NCBI RefSeq assembly: GCF_009914755.1
Contig: NC_060936.1
Reading direction: 5' to 3' (one strand)
Origin: the human T2T-CHM13v2.0 reference genome, Homo sapiens
DNA: 64,000 nucleotides
This document shows positions 53,971 to 64,000 of this stretch, one piece after another (positions within the stretch are counted from its first letter, which is position 1; each line of letters opens with the position of its first letter). Position numbers and translations under genes: made by a program. The notes below the pieces were generated by a model that was not told where the DNA came from, did no database searches, and saw nothing but the letters and a program-made list of their open reading frames with translations.

Positions 53971-56792
53971 AGAGGTAGAGGTTCCAGACTTTTCCCGGCT
54001 AAGTATTTTGAAGGCTTAACCAACTTTGAATTTGAATTTTTAAAAATTAGACAGGAGCAGAAAAAGAAGACTTGTCATTCAGAGACTCTCTCTTCTTAAC
54101 AAAAGCCACCACCCTCTCTGCAAGAATAGTTATGTCATGAAGAAATCCACATATCATTGAGTCACTGGGCCTAAAGCTGTGGTCAGGATGTGAGTGATAA
54201 ACATCTCCACCTCTACACAGTGTGGTTAGTTTGATGAACGCTTTCCTCGGACCATCACATGTATCCATTGCCTATATAAACTACTGAAAGGGTCCCATCA
54301 CAGATGACCACCCAGCTAGACCATGCCCTGGCAAGAGCATCCGACCTCCAGCTTCACCAGGCCAAGGGCCTGCTGCTCCCATACAATCCAATTCGCCAAT
54401 CACCATCCATCTTAAACAACTAAACACAAAAATAAGCCTGCCAACTAGAACTCTTCATTACACCGTTTAGGTTTTCAGCCCAACTTCCCATTACTAACTC
54501 TTCCCAAAGAAGCAAGTGCTCTTCGTCTTCATTAACCAGGACTTTGATCACCCTCCATTTCTTTAAATGGCAATGGCACGATCTGTCTTGGGATTCCCAT
54601 TCTACCGCCACTGCAGCCTTGCTTAATGTGCTCCTGGAGGGAAATGGGAAGACCATAAGTATGGACAACCAAATGACAAATGGAGAGAAGTGGAGAGAAA
54701 GCAGCAAATGTCTCCTTCTTTGACTTGAGGTTTTCCAGAACATGAACTATGCTATGGCACAATATACACAATGATTTCTGTGAATATGTTCCACGCGCAC
54801 ACACCCACATGTATACACTCAGTGCAGTAAAGCTTCAACAACTCTGTACTATAACTGCTATAATGATCTCTATCTTGCAGAGAAGGAAACTATTGCTCAG
54901 ACAAGTTAAGTCATTTTTCCAAGGAAATTTGGCCAATGGGTGGCATGGCTGGGATCTGTTCAGCTTTATTTCCTATGCCCTGAACTTTTACACTCTCCTA
55001 CTTTTCTGTCATTGGTATACAAATGCACTCTAAGTGGCAAGGACCTCAGATGCACTTAGCCAATCACCAGGCATCTTAAACAATGCAAGGTGAAGTCCTT
55101 TCTCTTCTAGAGGAGAGAGAGAGAAGCAGAAGATTCTTCAATGCCTGGCTGCTTTCAATGCCTGGCCTCCAGATTCCAAGCCAAGATGATGTCTGGGGAG
55201 GTGCCAAGAGTACCTCATGAATTCTCAGCTCCCTTCACTTCATTCTCACCACTCCTAGTGCTTCTGTCACTGGTCCCAAGCCAGCACACAAGCTCTGCAT
55301 GCCCTCTCTTCCATCTGATTCCTATAGCATTTGATTTCTGTGCTGTCTAGTTGGCATAAGCCCCATCCATCATGGCATAGCGGAAAGACCTCTGGTGGTA
55401 GGCTGGGTTCCCATCCTGCCTCTGCTGCTTGAAAAGTTGCATGGCACTGGTCAACCTCTCTGAGCCTCAGTTTCCTCATCCACAAAATGGGGCTAATAAT
55501 AACTACTTCTCCTGTTTACTGTGAGAATCAATTACCCTAAAATACATGGAGTAACAGGCCCACCCTATGTATTAAAAAATTGTTAGTTCCCTGTCTCCTT
55601 GAACATAAAGTGATAATCTTCCCATGCGTCCATGTGTTCTGGGTACCAGGACCCATCACAACTGTAACTGGGTTAAAAACTGTTGGCTGGTAGACATAAG
55701 CCTTTATGAGCCTTTTCTTCCCCAAGAAAGGAAAGGAATGCCTGAATTAAAGCCCGATAAGAGATTCTCCATGGTTCCAACCTAGAACTTTGTTTATAGA
55801 GGGTCCAAGATCTAGCAGAGAGGTTTTCTAAGTTGGCTAGCAGGAAGGGAAGGAAGAAAGGAAAGCAATCCATCACTCTGCAGCCACTGACAGCCGCCCT
55901 GCATGGAAGCACTTAGAGCCTGGGGGTGGATGCAATAAATCTGTAAGTTTTTCTCTACTTCCAAATCTGTTTTCATGCTTGATCCATTATTAACTTCACA
56001 TCTTAACAATAAATATCTCTTGTTTTCTCAAACTAGACTTGAAGCTCCTTAAAAGCATTGGGGGTTCTATCAGATCCTTTCTCCTATCCTCCACAGTGTT
56101 ATTGATTAACTGATCATTCCCCTGCAAGAAACCTACCAGTAACCAAGGTTATATTCACAGATTCTGAATAACAACTAGGAATAATATTTTTTAAATAATG
56201 ATGATTGGCAGCACTAATTTAGCATTTACTCTGTGTGACTTAACTCCCCCCAACAAAACTATGAACTAAGTGCTGTTATGAGCCTCATTATATAGATGAG
56301 GAAACCAAGGCTCAGAGAGGGTAAGTGACATGCCCAGGGTCACACAGTCAGGAAGGGTGAAAAGAGGAGGCAAACTCAGGCCACCTGGTTCCAGAGCCCC
56401 TGCCCTACCCCTACCCCAATGCTGCCACAGACTTTGGGTAAAATGGAATCTCTTCTGATTCTCAGTGTAAATGAACTTGGACAAGGTATACTCTCTTACA
56501 GCCTATTTTCTCACCTACAAAATGGGACTTTCAGGACTAAATAAAATAAACCATGATATGACTCTAAAAGCACAGGCAACAAAAGCAAAAATAGACAAAT
56601 GGGATTTCATCAAGCTAAAAAGCTTCTGCACAGCAAAGGAAACAATCAAGAGAGTGAAGAAATGACTTATGGAGTAGGAGAAAATATTTGCAAGTCATAC
56701 ATCTGATAAGAGGTTAATATCTAAAATATATAAGGAATTCAAACAACTCAATAGCAAGAAACAAAATAACTCATTTTAAAAATGGGCAAAGA

Positions 56793-58884
<2,092 letters not shown>

Positions 58885-60030
58885 TTAAAAATGGGCAAAG
58901 AACCTGAATAGACATTTCTCAAAAGAAAACATGCAAATGACCAATCGATTTATGAAAAAATACTCAACATCATTAATCATCGAGGAATTGCAAATTAAAA
59001 CCACAATGAGATCTCACTTCATACCTGTCAAGAATGGCTTTTATCAAAAAGACAAAATTACCAAGTCATAGAGAGGATGTGGGGAAAAGGAACCCTTGTA
59101 CACTGTTGGTGGGAATGTAAATTAGTACAGCCATTATGGAAAACAGTGTGGAGGTTCCACAAAATACTAAAAATAGAACTACCATAAGATTCAGAAATCC
59201 CACTACTACATATGTATCCAAAGCAATTGAAATCAGTATGTCAAAGAGATATCTGCACTACCATATTTATTGCAGCATTATTCACAATAGCTGAGACATT
59301 GAATCAACCTAAGAGTCCATCAGTGGATGAATGGATAAAGAAAATGTGGTATATATATGCACAATGGAGTACTATTTAGTCTTAAAAAACAGGAAACCCT
59401 GTTATCTGTGACACCATGAGTGAACCTGGAGGATACCATGCTAAGTGAAACAAACCAGGTTCAGAAAGACAAATACTGCATAATCTCACTTTGAAAAGTC
59501 AAACTCGTAAAAGTAGAGAATAGAATGGTGGTTACCAGGAGCTGGCAGGAAGGAGGCAGTGGAATGGGGAGATATTGGTTAAAGGGTACAAAGTTTCAGT
59601 TAGATAGGAGGAATAAGTTTTTCAGATCTATTGCACAGCATGGTGACTTTAGTTAATAATAATATACCACATATTTCAAAACCGCTGAGAGTAAATTTGA
59701 AATACTCTCATCACAAAAAAATAATAAGTATGTAAGATGATAGATATGTTAATTAGCCTGACTTAAATAATTCCACAATGTATACATATATAGAAACATT
59801 ACACTGTACTCCATAAATATGTACAGTTATTATTTGTCAATTAAAATAAAAATAGTAAAAATACCAATAAATGATGCAAAGTATCAGCATACAATAAGCC
59901 TTCCATAAGTGACAGCTATCATGTATATTCTAATAACAAATCAATCAAGAAAACTTTTGTGTTAGTGAAAATGTGTCCACATAGCTGTGCAAGAGCTTAA
60001 TGCAATTATACTTATGATGACCTTTATCCC

Positions 60031-60530
60031 TGTCTTAATTTAGGTTCCCCCAAAAGCAGACCCTAAAGCAAGGTTTAGGGTCCTTGTAGTATATTTGAGA
60101 GGTGATCCTAGCAGCAGGATGAGGAGATGGAGAGGTGAGGCAGGGGAGAAAACATAGCCCATAAAGGGTGTTACGGGGAATGCCTCTGGGGACAACTGGG
60201 GCTGTCCCTCTGGGAAGCCTTCAGGAGGGGTATAGAACGCACAGCAGAATGGGCCCTCTGAGGGCATATTTATGCACTAGCTCTTGTCCTTCAGCAACTG
60301 AAGGTTGTTCCCAAGGACAACACCAAGCCCCTGACATTTCCAGCCGGCCCTGCACTCAGATTGAACATGCTCCACTGGCAAAAAAAAAAAAAAGCAAACG
60401 AACAATACCTCCCAGGCCGAGACACAGGTGCTTGACATGGGAAGCCCTCGGTGTGTACAGAAACTGCCTGCCACAGCTGCAGGTGACATCCTAAGTACAG
60501 CTAGGGAGTATAAGGGGACCTTACCAGCTC
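60031..60530 (-). mobile_element. LTR33-like ERVL LTR
   Basis: TGTCTTAATTTAGGTTCCCCCAAAAGCAGACCCTAAAGCAAGG...GAGGTGATCC. Confidence 0.7.
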
Positions 60531-61223
60531 TGAGAAGTGGGCAGCCACAGTCTCCACACTGCTGGAGCATCAATTCCTAAGTGACTTATTTGCAGTCACA
60601 AGGCTAATTAGTAGCCAAGGTGGGATTCACCTTGGGCTCCTTCTAAAACACCTCCTAGGAAACTCTCAACTCCTTGAAAAGAAATAACGAGAGGAAGGCA
60701 GGCACTAGGTAAGTCAAAGAACTCGATATACCCATAGGAAAAAAATCTCACCGTCATAATATCATCAGTTTGTTCCTGTAAATAATAAGAGACTGCAAAC
60801 TAAATACTCTGTTACCCAACCCACAGAACACTTCACCACAAAAATTCATCAAGAAGCACATTCTTGAGCTAATTTTCCATTGTGGAACTTCAAAGCTGCT
60901 GTTTCAATAAGAATGTGACAATAGATGATTCATTAGTGCTGTCTGTATAAGCCTCTGGGGCAAACACCAAAAGATAGTCCATTTGATATTTAGAAAGCTA
61001 AACATATTTTAAATGAGCCTTACTGGACTGAATCTCTCATCACAGGCCTGAAAGATTCAGCAGCTAGGGGATTGTGGCATGGTCTTAATGGAGGCTGGGG
61101 CAGGGTCTTTAAGAGGATAAGGACCTATTCTTGCTCCAGAGCTAAGGAAGAGGGCCTAGAATCCAGGATGGGGGTACTAGGTCAATGCTGAATGGGAATC
61201 TGGGGGATCAAATAGAACTTTCT

Positions 61224-61611
<388 letters not shown>

Positions 61612-61724
61612 TTATAGAATATATACATATAATGCTATTAATATAAATTATAAAATACCTTGCAAAAGATCTCAATTCAAAATAAGACATTCAACATGAA
61701 TTGGTGACAAATCTACATTATAAG

Positions 61725-62236
61725 ATTTTTATTTTTTAATTTTAATTTCAATTTTTTATAATTTCAACTTTCATTTTAGGTTCAGGAGGTACACGTGCAG
61801 GTTTGTCACATGGGTATATTGAGTGATGCTAAGGTTCGGGGTATGATAGACCCAACATTCAGTTAATGAGCATGGTACCCAGTTGTTTGGTTTTCAGCCT
61901 TTGTCCCTCTCCCTTCTCTCCCCTATCTAGTTATCCCCAGTGTCTACTGTTGCTATCTTTATGTGCATGTGTACACAATGTGTAGCTCCCACTTATAAGT
62001 GAGAACATGTGGTATTTGGTTTTATGTTCCTGTGTTAGTTTGCTTAGGATAATGGCCGCCAGCTGCATCCATGTTGCCACAAGGGACATAATTTTGTTCT
62101 TTTTATGGCTGTATAGTATTCCATGGCATATATGTACCACATTTTCTTTATCCGATCCACCATGGATGGGGACCTAGATTGATTTCATGTCTTTGGTATT
62201 GTGAACAGTGCTGCAATGAACATAAGAGTACATGTG
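61725..62236 (-). mobile_element. L1PA15/16-type 3' fragment
   Basis: TTCAGGAGGTACACGTGCAGGTTTGTCACATGGGTATATTG...GCTCCCACTTATAAGTGAGAACATG. Confidence 0.85.
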
Positions 62237-62244
62237 AAGCTGTG

Positions 62245-62618
62245 TGATACAGTTTGGCAGTGTCCCCACTCAAATCTCATCTTGAATTATAGTTCTCATA
62301 ATACTCACATGTCGTGGGATGGACCAGGTGCAGATAAATGAATCATGGGGGTGGTCTCCCCCATCCTGTTTTCATGATAGTGAGTGAGTTCTCTTGAGAG
62401 CAGATGGTTTTATAAAGGGCTTTTCCCCACCTTTGCTCTGCACTTCTCCTTGCTGCCGCCATGTGAAGAAGGATGTTTGCTTCCCCCTCTGCCATGATTG
62501 TAAGTTTCCTGAGGCTTCCCCAGCCATGCTAAACTGTGAGTCCATTAAACCTCTTTCCTTTATAAATTACCCAGTCTCGGGTATGTCTTCATTAGCAGCG
62601 TGAGAACGGACTAATACA
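62245..62618 (+). mobile_element. THE1C/D MaLR solo LTR
   Basis: TGATACAGTTTGG...GACTAATACA; TSD CTGTG/CTGTA. Confidence 0.92.
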
Positions 62619-64000
62619 CTGTATATCAAGGATTAACACAATCTTTTCCTCTTCTGCATGAGAATTTAACCCTGGGTTAACTTTCTAGCTCTGATCTGCT
62701 GAACACCTGATAAAGAGGAAACATCACTGTGCTAGTGGGCCACAGTGCTCATCAAATTGCCCCTTGTTGGTAGACTGCATCTGGACTGGGAGCTCACGGA
62801 ATGGATCTGAAATATCTAATGAGGAATCTACAGCTTTGGGAGTCCTTAAGTAGCATGACTGTTGTAACAGGGCATGTCCCCTGCAGACACCCTGGCAGCC
62901 ATGAAGATAGAGTTTTTACAACAGCTATTGTCCCATAAGACAGGATAGTTGCCACACCTGCTTAATGTGGGTCTCATCACTTTGTACCAAACTGCCACTT
63001 GGAGGTAGGGGGCAAAAAAGAATGGCCCCTGAGGATCCACAGAAGAGATGCCCAATGCTGCCTGCATCCTCTTAAGTCAGTATGGTGCTGAGCGTGTCTG
63101 AATGCTTAGTTAGCCTAAAAGGAATTACCAAATGAGTATGGCAGAAGTCTTCCTATTTTAATGAATATACTATTACCCACAGACTAGTCATTCCTCTCTT
63201 GCCCTTATAAATATATTAGAGATCCTTGTAATAATTAGCACAATGATTTGTAGGTGTGTGCTAGTGAGTTTAAGTGCTTATACCTAGTTTTCTAAAACAG
63301 ACAAAAATATACCTCCTGAAATCTTATTTACATAATGAATCTGTTAGGCAAAGCCTGTTTCCATGCAAACAACAAATGATATAGCCTAGGCCAAGCACGA
63401 AATATGAATTAGTTGGAACAGAGAGAATGGGGTTTGAGTGAAGGTATAATAAACATGGCTCTTATCCAGCCTGGTTCTCTCTGCTCACAGGCCAGCTGAA
63501 GTTTTTGACATACTGTTCCATAAGGGTGGAGGTGAAATGTGTTCACTCACAAACTACACACGTCTGAACACAGCGACATGTACCAAGGAATGTTCTAGAT
63601 GTGCTTTGGGGAAAACAGAAGAATTTCCAAAGAAGTAAATTGTGAAAAGGTCATAAATGGAATATTTGTATTTGTGCAGGACTAATAAAGGCAAGTCACA
63701 TTAATAAAAGCATATAGTGTGGTTCCAATAATGAAGAAAGGGAACTAGATATATTTCATATATGCCTACAAACATGAATAAATGCACACAAGGATTTATA
63801 TCAAAGTATTAATAGCAGTTATAGTAGTTCTCTGTGACAAGGGAAATGGAGATTTTTATCATCTATTGCTTACATTTTATTTTGCTTGTATTTTCAAAAT
63901 AAAGATATATCTGCAAATTACTTCTGTAATTGCAATTATAATTGAAAAATCACCTTTAACAAGGATTTGAAAAAATATATATGTGATAGGATTCCTTTTT

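Overview
This is 64 kb of non-coding hominoid (most likely human) genomic DNA; a full-length SVA together with AluY/S/J, L1PA8 and THE1 elements fixes the lineage. I find no credible host protein-coding exon, RNA gene or non-repeat CpG island. The ORFs in the track are Alu, L1, SVA, LTR or microsatellite artefacts, or short chance ORFs; the main real protein remnant is a decayed L1 ORF2 reverse transcriptase fragment (56823-57407), with further L1 ORF2 scraps nearby. The window is dense in nested interspersed repeats: more than 20 Alus, many L1/L2/MIR fragments, MaLR/ERV solo LTRs, and DNA transposons (MER58A, MER20, MER3, MER33, MER96, MER102, two Tigger3c, piggyBac MER75B). L1s, LTRs and the SVA lie mostly on the + strand, which suggests a large intron of a minus-strand gene that I cannot name. 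The best unexplained structures are: a ~385-bp-arm inverted duplication anchored on a MER58A end (155-1248); a 28-nt unique sequence apparently copied into a microsatellite from 1 kb away; several rearranged Alus; a 62-bp perfect purine/pyrimidine alternation with an NRF1 core; and repeat-free, CpG-retaining islands that may be enhancers. I see no evidence of a new multi-gene system. Repeat subfamily calls are from remembered consensus sequences, and boundaries without a quoted TSD are approximate.
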